Assembly (NCBI GenBank): GCA_022791395.1 | Contig: JAAVZA010000019.1 | Coordinates: forward strand, 40,952-104,951 | Reading direction: 5' to 3' | DNA from: Clostridia bacterium | Lineage (GTDB): Bacteria > Bacillota > Clostridia > TANB77 > CAG-508 | DNA length: 64,000 nucleotides | Shown: piece by piece, positions 18,514 to 28,493 of the stretch | Layout: each line of letters begins with the position of its first letter | Numbering within the stretch: the stretch's first letter is position 1 | Notes under the pieces: generated by a model | Databases searched by the model: none | What the model was told of the DNA's origin: nothing | The model's input: the letters and a program-made list of their open reading frames with translations, nothing else | Translations under genes and position numbers: made by a program

Positions 18514-19071
18514 CTAAGGTTTCCTCCGCCTTTGTATCCGAGACATTCCTTCTGTGAATAAGAAGATCAAAAAACAAAGGAAATAATAGATTGGTATAGT
18601 CAATATCAATAATATAAACATGATTATGACCATACACCCGATAAAATCCTTAACAGTACTTAATGTAACATCATTGGTTATGCAGTGTACTGTCATTTTA
18701 CCCTCTCGCCTTACAAAATGCACTATTAAAGTCACTCTATATTTTGAGGACTTTATATGTATTTTGAAGTCTTTGGGTATTATTAATCCTTCTGTTTTCC
18801 TCTCCCACTTTGACTGTCCTTTCTGGCTTCTGGCTTCCTCTTTTATAAGTTCCAAAAAATCCATCTGGCTTTCCAGCTCTTTGGCCTCAGCTTCATGTTG
18901 CTTGTATATACGCGGCGCAATCAAGAAGCTTGACAACAACCAAGCAAGAACTATCAGCCACAACCATATTGCTATTGCTAGCAATCCCCTGTTAAGACTC
19001 CAATACTTCAGCCAGTCTTTTTGTTTTTCCTGCCACGTTCTTCTTACTTTAGTTTCTTTTCTCCGTCTCAT
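18514..19071 (-). CDS. orphan membrane protein in a GC-elevated islet
   Basis: 185 aa, RBS AAGGAGG, TM helices near residue 30 and at the C-terminus. Three in-frame CGG codons (19063, 18538, 18526) with no frame break. Confidence 0.45.
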   Translation of the reverse strand: MRRRKETKVRRTWQEKQKDWLKYWSLNRGLLAIAIWLWLIVLAWLLSSFLIAPRIYKQHEAEAKELESQMDFLELIKEEARSQKGQSKWERKTEGLIIPKDFKIHIKSSKYRVTLIVHFVRREGKMTVHCITNDVTLSTVKDFIGCMVIIMFILLILTIPIYYFLCFLIFLFTEGMSRIQRRRKP

Positions 19072-19134
19072 AATTTTCCTCCTTAACTTTGAGTCAGAAT
19101 ATACTACCTACTACTTTATTGTAATACAACAACC

Positions 19135-19163
19135 ATTATAATCCAATTTTTAGGTTATGTCAA
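19135..19163 (-). promoter_or_regulatory. perfect consensus sigma-A promoter TTGACA-17-TATAAT
   Basis: Minus strand reads TTGACATAACCTAAAAATTGGATTATAAT, upstream of the 185-aa ORF. Confidence 0.5.
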
Positions 19164-19182
19164 TTAAAGAAAAATAATACAA

Positions 19183-19216
19183 AAAATTAGTAAACCTTTT
19201 TTGCTTACTAATTTTT
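19183..19216 (-). terminator. intrinsic terminator after the GH15 gene
   Basis: ATTAGTAA / TTACTAAT stem flanked by A and T runs. Confidence 0.55.
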
Positions 19217-19229
19217 TACACTATAAATA

Positions 19230-21185
19230 TTATTTCCCCATTAATTTCTCTAATACTAAAATAAACATTGCATGGCTCCAACCAAGTCCTATTACCCAGT
19301 TTCCAGTCATTGTATTATTATCTACTTGTTCTGCTAAAAATCCATGTTCTGTACTAGAATTTATTGCAAAATTAAAGCATTCTTTTGCTTCTTTAAATTT
19401 TTTAACTTCTATATAATATAATGCCATCCAAAGTGTTGCAATTACCCAAGGGTTACCATTTCTATAATGGTCACCTTCAAATCTTTTATATCCCCCTGTA
19501 TATGTACGTAAAGTTAAGTTTATTTTTTCTACTGTATTTACAACCTTTTTTTCTTTACTGGTAAACATATTAAACGGATAAGCTACCCCTAATATACTTA
19601 TATCCATTAATCTATCTTCTACATTTCTTACAAAGGTTTTCGAATTTTCATCATATAAATTTTCTAGTACATATTTTTTCATTATTTCTAATTGTCTTTG
19701 GATTATCCTTTTATGTCTTATTATACTTTCTTGTTTTAGTCTAATTCCTGCACCAGCTGTATCTTTTTCTATCACTTCATATATCTTAAGCATAGCCTCG
19801 TACGCTGCATATATACTGGCTATTGAATATAGACTTACTCCTTCATGCATTTCCCATAAATCATAACTTACTGGTATTTTATCTAACTTTTCTTTATATT
19901 CTTCTTCTAATTCTTTTTTTACTATATCCTCTTCTTCTTTTATATCCATAATTTGTGCTATATATTTTTCTAGAAAATGTACGGCTTTTTCACACATTTT
20001 ATATGTATCTTTTAAAAATTTTTCATTTTTTGTTTTTTCATAATGATTATATGCTCCATATACAACACTTGCAGTTTCATCTATTTGATATCCCCAACAA
20101 GGTGCTAATCTTCCATCTGTGTAAAAACGTTGTTCCCACATTCCTGATTTGCTTTGAGTATTTTTACAGAAGTTCTTATAAAATTTTTCTGTCTCTTTTT
20201 CCATATTTAAAATATCTAGTGCTTTTGTGATAAATACAGCATCTCTTGGCCAACAATAAGAATATCTACCACAAGTAGTTAAAGCTTCATCTATTTCTAC
20301 ACTTGCAGCTATGCCCCCAGTTGTATCATTGGTAAGAAGTGGATATAGTAATATTGTTCTTGTGTATATATTTTTTATTTTTCTTTCCCCATCAGTTTTT
20401 TCTTTTAATTCTATTGTAGTATGGTCTTTTACATATTTGTTCCAATATTTCTTTGTATTTAAAAGTTCTTTATCAAAATCAATTTTTCTTATTTTATCAA
20501 CTTCATTTTCTATTTCATCTATTTTGTAGTTTTCATTATTTTCATTTATCCAGATGAATATTTCAAGAGTTTTTTCTTCATTTGGTTTTATAACTCCAAT
20601 ATCAAAACTAATACTTGAATCATGTGACATTCCTATGTAATCTTTATCATTAATTACTCCTGAAGCAATATTATTGCTTGTATCATTTATTTGATGACTA
20701 TACAATTTAGTTTTTTTAGATGCTACTACAAATGAATAATCATGTGTATATTGAAGCATTCCTTGTTTTATTACTTTTGCACTTACAAAGTTATTTTCGT
20801 TTGAAAGTAACTTTGAATGTAATAAGAACTTAACATCTAAATCAATATTATTTTCATTAATGAATTTATATTTTTTTACTAATACATTTTCTTTAATTGG
20901 AATAAAATCTAACTGTTTAATTTTTAAATTGAAATATGTATTTTTAATTTCTGTATTTAATATATTTGTGTTTTCAGTATAATATTGCTTATATTGATTA
21001 TTAATATCATCATGTAAATTTACAAGCCCCGAATCATTTATTTTAAGACCTGCATATAAGTAGTCAATAAATTGCTTATAATCTGGTGACTTATAATATA
21101 ACCTTAATAATTCACCATTTTTTGTGAAACTTGCTACCATCTGTTTATTTCCTATTATTGCATCATTATAATACTTTGTTTTCAT
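19230..21185 (-). CDS. glycoside hydrolase family 15 (glucoamylase/glucodextranase-like)
   Basis: 651 aa. The C-terminal (alpha/alpha)6-type region carries YCWPRDA and WEM/WE motifs typical of GH15. Confidence 0.8.
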   Translation of the reverse strand: MKTKYYNDAIIGNKQMVASFTKNGELLRLYYKSPDYKQFIDYLYAGLKINDSGLVNLHDDINNQYKQYYTENTNILNTEIKNTYFNLKIKQLDFIPIKENVLVKKYKFINENNIDLDVKFLLHSKLLSNENNFVSAKVIKQGMLQYTHDYSFVVASKKTKLYSHQINDTSNNIASGVINDKDYIGMSHDSSISFDIGVIKPNEEKTLEIFIWINENNENYKIDEIENEVDKIRKIDFDKELLNTKKYWNKYVKDHTTIELKEKTDGERKIKNIYTRTILLYPLLTNDTTGGIAASVEIDEALTTCGRYSYCWPRDAVFITKALDILNMEKETEKFYKNFCKNTQSKSGMWEQRFYTDGRLAPCWGYQIDETASVVYGAYNHYEKTKNEKFLKDTYKMCEKAVHFLEKYIAQIMDIKEEEDIVKKELEEEYKEKLDKIPVSYDLWEMHEGVSLYSIASIYAAYEAMLKIYEVIEKDTAGAGIRLKQESIIRHKRIIQRQLEIMKKYVLENLYDENSKTFVRNVEDRLMDISILGVAYPFNMFTSKEKKVVNTVEKINLTLRTYTGGYKRFEGDHYRNGNPWVIATLWMALYYIEVKKFKEAKECFNFAINSSTEHGFLAEQVDNNTMTGNWVIGLGWSHAMFILVLEKLMGK

Positions 21186-21208
21186 TTTACTTATTTCTCC
21201 TCTTTATG

Positions 21209-21237
21209 TTGACTTTGTTCTAATATTATGTTATATT
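21209..21237 (+). promoter_or_regulatory. sigma-A promoter TTGACT-17-TGtTATATT
   Basis: TTGACT at 21209-21214 and TATATT at 21232-21237 with an extended -10 TG. Confidence 0.5.
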
Positions 21238-21243
21238 ATTACT

Positions 21244-21475
21244 ATGAATTGTTCATTTGTTCATAGGATTGTACAGAAGTATAGAATAACATACTTAAAG
21301 TTGGTGATTAACCTTTAAAATCTCACCATTTCCTTGCACAAAAAAACTGAATAAAAAAAATAGAAAGTAAAATTTAACATGGAACTAGTTATATCATTTT
21401 GACTTAGAACCTGTCAAAATTTTGTCAACAGCTTTCTATTTTCCCCCGCTTCTAAGAAGCAGGGGTTTTATTTTA
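21244..21475 (+). ncRNA. candidate ~230-nt structured sRNA (class unknown)
   Basis: Promoter-to-terminator unit with no credible ORF. Local hairpins AAGTAT/ATACTT, GGTGA/TCACC and TTTTGAC/GTCAAAA. An 11-bp long-range helix pairs 21357-21367 with 21432-21442. A CCCC..GGGG terminator with a T-run lies at 21444-21475. Confidence 0.35.
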
Positions 21476-23120
21476 TCCCTCTAAAATTCTTACTATTTGT
21501 GCTTCTAATTCTTTTATCTTTTCATTTATAGAAGCTACTTCTGCATCTTTTGCTTTTTCTCCGGATAATTTCTTCTTTTATAATTTCTGTCATGTCACTA
21601 ACTTCATCTTTTAGCTTTTGCATTCTTTCTAAAACTTCTAGTCTTACTGGTTTATATCTTGTTGGAAGTTCTATCCTATTGGTTACTTTTATTTCATCCT
21701 TCAATTCATAAGTTTCTCCAAAGTCTGGTATTGTTACTGGTATTCCTGTTGTTTCTAGTATTTTTTCTTTTAATACATTTTGAGATTCTTCTTCACCATG
21801 TACTAAGAAGATATGTTTTGGTTTCTTTATAAAAGAATATATAAAATTTAGTAACCATTCTTGGTCTGCATGCCCTGAATATCCTTCAATATATTCAATT
21901 CTTGCATTTACAGATATCTCTTCTCCAAATATTTTTACCTTTTTTTCTCCATTTACAAGTTTACTTCCTAAAGTGCCTGGTGCTTGATATCCAACAAACA
22001 ATATTGTACTGTTTGGATTCCATAAGTTATGTTTTAAATGATGTTTTATACGTCCTACTTCACACATTCCACTTGCAGAAATAATTATTGAAGATTTATT
22101 CATTTCATTTAATGCTTTTGATTCATCTGCAGTTTTTGTAAATTGTAAGCCTGGAAATTCTAGTGGATTATCTCCTTTTTCCATTTCTTCTTTTACATCA
22201 TCATCAAATAAATCCATATTTTCTCTAAAAATCTCAGTTGCAGATATTGCAAGTGGACTATCTACAAAAACTGGTACACTCATTAAGGTTTTATATTTTT
22301 TAATAAATTCTTCATCCTCTGTATTTTCCTTTAATTTATTTAGTTCATATACAATTTCTTGAGTTCTACCTACTGCAAATGAAGGAATTACAACTGTTCC
22401 ACCTTTATCTAGTGTTTCAGATACTATGTTTAAAAACATTTCTGCTTTATCATCATTTCTCATATGTAATCTACTTCCATAGGTTGATTCCATTACTAAA
22501 TAATCTGCCGATTCAATCATTGTTGGTGATGCTAAAAGTGGAATATCATTATTTCCTAAGTCTCCTGTAAATACTGCTTTTTCTGTTTTTCCATTTTCAG
22601 TTACCCATACTTCTATAATACTTGAACCAAGCATATGACCTGCATCATTAAATCTTACTTTTATATTTTCATCTATTTCAATTATTTCGTCATATTTTAC
22701 ACCTCTAAATAGCTCTAATGATTTAGTTGCTTGTTCTGCTGTATATAATGGAGGAAGTTCTTTTTTTCCTTCTCTCTTTCTTTTTTTGTTTCTCCATTCT
22801 ATTTCCATTTCTTGAATATGTCCACTATCTGGTATCATAATAGTACAAAGGTCACAGGTTGCTTTTGTTGCATATATTGGATTTCTATATCCCTCATTAT
22901 ATAGTTTTGGTATTCTTCCTGAATGATCTATATGTGCATGAGTTAGTAGCATAAAATCAATACTTGATACCTCAAATAAAAATGGATCTTCATTTTCTTT
23001 TTCTTCTGTTGCTTTTCCTTGATACATTCCACAGTCTACTAAAAATTTTTTTCCTGCTGCTTCAACTAAGAAGTTTGAACCTGTTACAGTTTTTGCTGCT
23101 CCTAAAAATGTTATTTTCAT
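21473..23120 (-). CDS. beta-CASP family MBL-fold ribonuclease (TTHA0252/CPSF-like); needs +1 at one CGG
   Basis: MKITFLGAAKTVTGS..., HAHIDHSG. Start trimmed to the ATG after AGGAAGGAAAC. The C-terminus continues as ..EEII-G-EKAKDAEVASINEKIKELEAQIVRILEG* if the C of CGG at 21561 is skipped. Confidence 0.8.
21561..21563 (-). other. in-frame CGG recoding site (+1 onto GGA)
   Basis: ATT ATC CGG AGA AAA AGC ... stops after 13 codons. ATC GGA GAA AAA GCA AAA GAT ... stays open for 30 codons to TAA at 21473. Confidence 0.55.
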
Positions 23121-23136
23121 AGAGTTTCCTTCCTTT

Positions 23137-24714
23137 CTAATTATTTTTAAATATTCTTGTAAGCTTTCCAAATTTCATTACAATTTTTTTCTTATCAAAT
23201 GTTGATATATTAATACTTTTTTCAAAAACATCTCCATCATATATATTGGCTCTCAAGCTTTCTTCATTTTGTTTTAGTTCAACTCCTACATTTTCTAAAG
23301 AAATAATTTTTGTTTTTAAAATATTCATTATAATTTCATTGTTTGTATTTTCTTCATTTGTTATAATGTTAAGTACTTTTAAATCATATGCTTTTTTTAT
23401 TAATAACTTTTCTAAAGTTTCTAGTTCTTCTTTTAATTGTTTTAAATCTTTTATTTGTTCTGTTTCTGTAATATAAATTAAATTATAATATCTTAGCATA
23501 TATAATAAATTTACTATTTCTTCTTTTTCTTTTGCCTTTTCTATTTTCATTTCAAAACATTTTATAAATGCCTTTTGTAATTTTACTAGATATTTAAATT
23601 TATTTTTTTCTTGCTTTGTTCCATCTATGTCTTCTAGTAATTCCAACTGTTTTTCTAAATTATCTTTTGTTTGTATATAATATTTAGGATCTAAAAATTT
23701 GTTATTTTCTTCTATTGTTTGGAGTTCTTTTTTTCTTTCTTTATTTAAAATTTCTGTTAAATGGCTTATACTAAAAATTTTATTGTACATAGCTCTTTTT
23801 TCATTTCTTTTATTGTATTCTTCTTCTAATAATTTTTTATCATTTAGTATTTTATCTATATCATTTATTTTATTTAAGGCTTGTTTTTTTATAGTAGATA
23901 TCTCGTTTAACAATAATGTCTTATCTTGTAGCCTTTCTAATTCTTTTTGTAAAATTTCTTTTTCATCTAATAAACGTTTTTTTTCTACTTCATTTTTTTG
24001 AATACAAATAATAATAGAAATTTTATAAATTAAATTTAGTATTTTATTTGTATAATCTTTACCATAATCTTTAATTAATTTATCTTCTGTTAATTTTATA
24101 TAATCAATTACTTCTTCTGTATGAACTAAGTTTTTTATAAAATCAATTCCTAATAAATATATTAGATTTTGATAAATAAGATTTGTAGTGATTTCTGGTA
24201 TCTCTTTATTTAATGTATTCCAATTCCATCCATTAAAATCACGTAATACTTCTATATTGTTAATATTTTCTCCTGTATTTATAAGCTCCGATAGAGCATT
24301 TCTAATTAGATTATATTTTTCATCTAGAAATATTTGCTTGTCATCAATTTTATATAGAGTATATAAAAGTAAGCTCTCATTTGGATACATTAAATAAATA
24401 GTATTTTCTAGTTTATTTACAAAAAATTTGCTCCCTTTCTCGAATTCTTGTACTTCATCTTTACCATCTTCTACAATAATAATCTTTTCACACTTTTCTT
24501 TAATAATTCTTAAGATATCTTCAATGTAAATCTTCTTATCATCAACAATTCTTTTGACTGTCCTATAATCTTCATAAGCATTTTCAATTTTATATAACAT
24601 AGAAAGGAGAAGATTTTTTACATCTACAGAAAAATCTTTATTTTCAAGTATTTTTTCTAATTGATTATTATAATCTCTAGAATTAAATTTTGAAAATAAT
24701 TTTTCTGTGTTCAT
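23137..24714 (-). CDS. Lys/Glu/Asn-rich coiled-coil protein of unknown function
   Basis: 525-aa uninterrupted ORF just upstream of the beta-CASP nuclease. No family recognised. Confidence 0.55.
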   Translation of the reverse strand: MNTEKLFSKFNSRDYNNQLEKILENKDFSVDVKNLLLSMLYKIENAYEDYRTVKRIVDDKKIYIEDILRIIKEKCEKIIIVEDGKDEVQEFEKGSKFFVNKLENTIYLMYPNESLLLYTLYKIDDKQIFLDEKYNLIRNALSELINTGENINNIEVLRDFNGWNWNTLNKEIPEITTNLIYQNLIYLLGIDFIKNLVHTEEVIDYIKLTEDKLIKDYGKDYTNKILNLIYKISIIICIQKNEVEKKRLLDEKEILQKELERLQDKTLLLNEISTIKKQALNKINDIDKILNDKKLLEEEYNKRNEKRAMYNKIFSISHLTEILNKERKKELQTIEENNKFLDPKYYIQTKDNLEKQLELLEDIDGTKQEKNKFKYLVKLQKAFIKCFEMKIEKAKEKEEIVNLLYMLRYYNLIYITETEQIKDLKQLKEELETLEKLLIKKAYDLKVLNIITNEENTNNEIIMNILKTKIISLENVGVELKQNEESLRANIYDGDVFEKSINISTFDKKKIVMKFGKLTRIFKNN

Positions 24715-24820
24715 ATTTCTTCTCCTTTCCCAAAGCGAAGTTTTTAAAACTCTTCACTTTTCATTATTCAATTTAAACAACACATTTCTGTTTAGTAATA
24801 TATTTACACCATTTTATATA

Positions 24821-27220
24821 CTACTCTTCAGTAGGTGTTTTTGTCATATTAAGTTCTTGCCATCTTTCCTTACTCATTAGCACTTCTCTAGGTTTACTAC
24901 CTTGATATCCTGAAATAACGCCTCTTTCTTCCATTTGATCAATAATACGACCAGCTCTGGCATATCCAACTTTAAATCTTCTTTGTATAAATGAAGTCGA
25001 TGCCTGTCCTGTTTCTATTACTGTTTCAATTGCATCATTTAAAAATGGATCTGTATCATCATCACAGTCTTCTCTTTCTAATTCTTTATCTGTTGAATTT
25101 GCCTTTTCTATTGATTCTATTATATCTTCACTATACTGTACTTCTCCATTAGATTTTAGGAAATCAACTATTTTTTCTACTTCTTTGTCAGATACAAATG
25201 CACCCTGTAATCTTGTAGGTTTTGGTGCACCAGAAGGATAAAATAGCATATCTCCTTTACCTAAAAGTTTCTCTGCACCCACCATATCAAGTATTGTTCT
25301 TGAGTCTACCTGTGAAGATACAGCAAAGGCAATTCTTGAAGGAATATTAGCCTTAATTATACCTGTGATAACATCTACAGATGGCCTTTGTGTTGCAATA
25401 ACCAGGTGCATTCCTGCTGCTCTTGCCATTTGTGCTAATCTACAAATAGCATCTTCAACATCTTTTGCTGCTACCATCATAAGATCTGCAAGTTCGTCTA
25501 TAATTATTACTATCTGTGGTAATTTTTCAGCTGACCCTTCTTTTTCTATAGCCTCATTATAACCATTAATATCTCTAACTCCCTTAGTCGCAAACAGACT
25601 ATATCTATTAACCATTTCTTGTACTGCCCAAGATAATGCTCCTGCAGCTTTTTTAGGGTCTGTTACAACAGGAATAAGTAAGTGTGGTATTCCATTATAT
25701 ACAGATAGTTCAACTACCTTAGGATCTACCATTAATAGTTTTACTTCACTTGGCTTTGCTTTATATATGATGCTTGTTATTAAAGTATTTATACATACAC
25801 TTTTTCCAGATCCTGTTGAGCCTGCGATAAGCACGTGTGGCATTTTTGCAATATCTGTTACAACTTCATTTCCTGCAACATCTTTTCCAAGTGCAAATGA
25901 AAGTTTTGATTTATTATCTACAAAACTATTGGTTTGTAATATATCTCTTAAATGTACCATTTCTGTTTCTGTATTTGGCACTTCTATTCCTACTGCTTGT
26001 TTCCCAGGTATAGGTGCTTCTATACGAATAGAAGCTGCTGCAAGATTTAGTGCTATATCATCTGCTAAATTTGCAATTTTACTTACTCTTACACCTTCTG
26101 CTGGTTTTAATTCATATCTTGTAATAGCAGGTCCAACTGATACATTTTCTACTTTTGCTGATACTCCAAAACTATATAAGGTTTTTTGAAGCTTTGTAGC
26201 ATTGTCTGCTATAGCTTTTTTTCCACCCCTTAGACTTCTTCCTTCACCTTCACTTAATAATTCAATTGGAGGAAATTCATAATGTTCATCTTCTACTGTT
26301 AAAGCATGTTCTAGTTGTAATACTTCTTTACTTTTATCTTCTTTTACTGGTTCTTCTGTTTTAAATAGATTTGCTTCTATCTCATTTGGAGATGGTCTCT
26401 TTTTATCTTTCATACCTAAAGGAAGTAAATCGTCTTCACTATGGTCATATTTCTTTAATTTTTCTTGTTTATCATTTAAATTTATTGTTATTTGATCATC
26501 ATCTAGCGGAATATCAATTGATTCTTTTCCACGACTTTTCTTTATCTCTTTTTTGTTCATCTTTTTAGGTTTATCTTCAACTACATTTTCATAGGTTTCT
26601 TCATATTCATCTTCTTCTAATCTTCTCTGTTTTCTTTCTTCTTTTCTCTCTTCCATACTTTCTACTGCATTTGTAATATATTTTGCAGGATGAATTCCAA
26701 ACATAAATATTAGCACTAAAATTGCAATCCCTATTGAAAGAATTATTGCCCCTGTAGTTCCTAGTAAACTAACCATTGGTAAACCGAGTGTTGCTCCAGC
26801 TACTCCACCACCAATGTTTTTTTGTCCTAATTCATAGCTTTGTTTTAAAATGGATCCAAATTCTGCATTTATATCTATGTTTCCTACTGACAATTGATAT
26901 ACAAACATTATAACTGCAATACACATTAAAAATATTCCATATTGTACTAATTTAGGTGATAATGTTTCCTTTTTTTCACAAGCTAAATTTATTGCAATTG
27001 CAAAAGTTCCAATTGGTAATATATATTTCATCCACCCTATAATTCCCCCTAGTAATGGACTTAGTGTTTTTCCTATATATCCTGAGCTTGTATATATTAA
27101 TACTACTAGTAATATACTAATAATAATCATAGATACTACTGCTAAATCTATGTCTACTCTATTTTGTTTTTTTCTACTATTTTTTTTTGCCACAGTTTTC
27201 TTTCTTTTTGCTTTTGCCAT
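24821..27220 (-). CDS. ftsK: DNA translocase FtsK/SpoIIIE
   Basis: N-terminal TM helices, Walker A GSTGSGKSV and a C-terminal winged-helix gamma domain. Confidence 0.95.
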   Translation of the reverse strand: MAKAKRKKTVAKKNSRKKQNRVDIDLAVVSMIIISILLVVLIYTSSGYIGKTLSPLLGGIIGWMKYILPIGTFAIAINLACEKKETLSPKLVQYGIFLMCIAVIMFVYQLSVGNIDINAEFGSILKQSYELGQKNIGGGVAGATLGLPMVSLLGTTGAIILSIGIAILVLIFMFGIHPAKYITNAVESMEERKEERKQRRLEEDEYEETYENVVEDKPKKMNKKEIKKSRGKESIDIPLDDDQITINLNDKQEKLKKYDHSEDDLLPLGMKDKKRPSPNEIEANLFKTEEPVKEDKSKEVLQLEHALTVEDEHYEFPPIELLSEGEGRSLRGGKKAIADNATKLQKTLYSFGVSAKVENVSVGPAITRYELKPAEGVRVSKIANLADDIALNLAAASIRIEAPIPGKQAVGIEVPNTETEMVHLRDILQTNSFVDNKSKLSFALGKDVAGNEVVTDIAKMPHVLIAGSTGSGKSVCINTLITSIIYKAKPSEVKLLMVDPKVVELSVYNGIPHLLIPVVTDPKKAAGALSWAVQEMVNRYSLFATKGVRDINGYNEAIEKEGSAEKLPQIVIIIDELADLMMVAAKDVEDAICRLAQMARAAGMHLVIATQRPSVDVITGIIKANIPSRIAFAVSSQVDSRTILDMVGAEKLLGKGDMLFYPSGAPKPTRLQGAFVSDKEVEKIVDFLKSNGEVQYSEDIIESIEKANSTDKELEREDCDDDTDPFLNDAIETVIETGQASTSFIQRRFKVGYARAGRIIDQMEERGVISGYQGSKPREVLMSKERWQELNMTKTPTEE

Positions 27221-27275
27221 TTATTATTTCATCCTTTCTACTTTAATATGTATTAGAAATGCAATTATTCCTTCC

Positions 27276-27332
27276 TAAAAAAAGCAGAAATCGGCAGGTC
27301 TTACCTATGACCTTTTACTTTTCCGATTTCTG
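27276..27332 (-). terminator. intrinsic terminator
   Basis: CAGAAATCGG ... CCGATTTCTG outer stem with an inner AGGTC/GACCT stem. The T-run is on the minus strand. Confidence 0.6.
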
Positions 27333-27341
27333 ACATTAGAT

Positions 27342-27780
27342 TTATTTTAATTCTTTTCTATTATTTTGAACTGTTTTTAGAGCATCTTCTAAAACAACTT
27401 CGATTTTTTCTAGAAGATTGTCAGCATAATCTTTTGTACCTTTTGATATTTCTCTAGACATTTCATTTGCTGTTTCAATTATTTGAGCTTTTTGTTCATA
27501 TGCTTTCCTTGTAATCTCGTGTTCATCTATCATAGATATAATTCTATTTTCTGCTTCTTTTACAATATCTTCTGCTTCTTTTCCGAGCTTCTGCAAGTAT
27601 TCTTGCTCTTTCTTCTTTAACCCATTTAGCTTGTTTTAGTTCATCTGGAAGTTTTATTCTTATTTCTTTAATAATATCTAAAAAAGCTTCTTTATCTACA
27701 ATACCCTTACCTGAAAATGGTATTGTTTTGCTTTTTTCTAATTCTTCTTCTAAAGTTTCTAATAGTGTAAATATTTCCAT
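27342..27780 (-). CDS. coiled-coil protein of the division-gene neighbourhood; needs +1 at one CGG
   Basis: Two overlapping ORFs join as ...KEERARILAEA-G-KEAEDIVKEAENRIISMIDEHE... when the C of CGG at 27583 is skipped. Confidence 0.6.
27583..27585 (-). other. in-frame CGG recoding site (+1 onto GGA)
   Basis: GAA GCT CGG AAA AGA AGC ... stops 12 codons later. GCT GGA AAA GAA GCA GAA GAT ATT is continuous with ORF 27342-27596. Confidence 0.65.
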
Positions 27781-27783
27781 TTT

Positions 27784-28338
27784 TTACCCCTTTCGATTCA
27801 AGAATATAAGATTAACTCTTCCATATTTTCTTAAATCATATACATTAACGTTTACTTTATTTAAATTTTCTAATTCTCTTTTTTCATTATCAGTTTCTAG
27901 AATAATAATACCATCATCTGCTAATAAATTAAATTCAATAATAGCTTTAATACTATTTACTGCAATATCCAAAGCATATGGTGGATCAATAAATATTACA
28001 TCAAATTTTTGTCCTTGTAACAATTCTAATGCTTTTTTATAATCATTCTTTATAACCTTAGCTTTTCCTTCTAAATGTGTCTTTTTTATGTTCTTATTAA
28101 TAATCTGTATTGCCTCATAAGATTTATCGCACATTATGCAAGTTTTTGCTCCTCTACTTAAAGCTTCAATTCCCAATGCTCCACTTCCAGCAAATAAATC
28201 CAAAACCTTCGCATCTACTATATCACATTGTATAATATTAAATAATGCTTCTTTAACTCTATCAAGAGTAGGTCTTGTATTATTCCCTTCGAGTGTTTCT
28301 AAATTAGTTCCTCTCGCAGTTCCACTAATTACTCTCAT
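27784..28338 (-). CDS. rsmD: 16S rRNA m2G966 methyltransferase
   Basis: 184 aa with MRVISGTARG.. and the FIDPPY motif. Confidence 0.85.
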   Translation of the reverse strand: MRVISGTARGTNLETLEGNNTRPTLDRVKEALFNIIQCDIVDAKVLDLFAGSGALGIEALSRGAKTCIMCDKSYEAIQIINKNIKKTHLEGKAKVIKNDYKKALELLQGQKFDVIFIDPPYALDIAVNSIKAIIEFNLLADDGIIILETDNEKRELENLNKVNVNVYDLRKYGRVNLIFLNRKG

Positions 28339-28493
28339 TCTATACCTTCCTATGATATATCTATTTTATTCTTTTTTCCTAATAAGTCAATAGTAATAAT
28401 AGAATTGTAATATACATTTAACAAATTTGTAACAGATAATAATTCTATAAAAAAATATAAAGACACTACTATGTCTTTATATTTTCTTTTGTA

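Noticed and set aside
18368-18637. 89-aa minus-strand ORF and 73-aa plus-strand ORF (18340-18561) in the islet
   Set aside because: They overlap the promoter, leader and terminator elements of better-supported units and have no RBS.
21522-23171. Calling this gene RNase J
   Set aside because: The N-terminus KITFLGAAKTVTGS and the overall layout match the TTHA0252/CPSF-like beta-CASP family rather than the RNase J N-terminus. The ORF-track start also adds 17 residues upstream of a good RBS-ATG pair.
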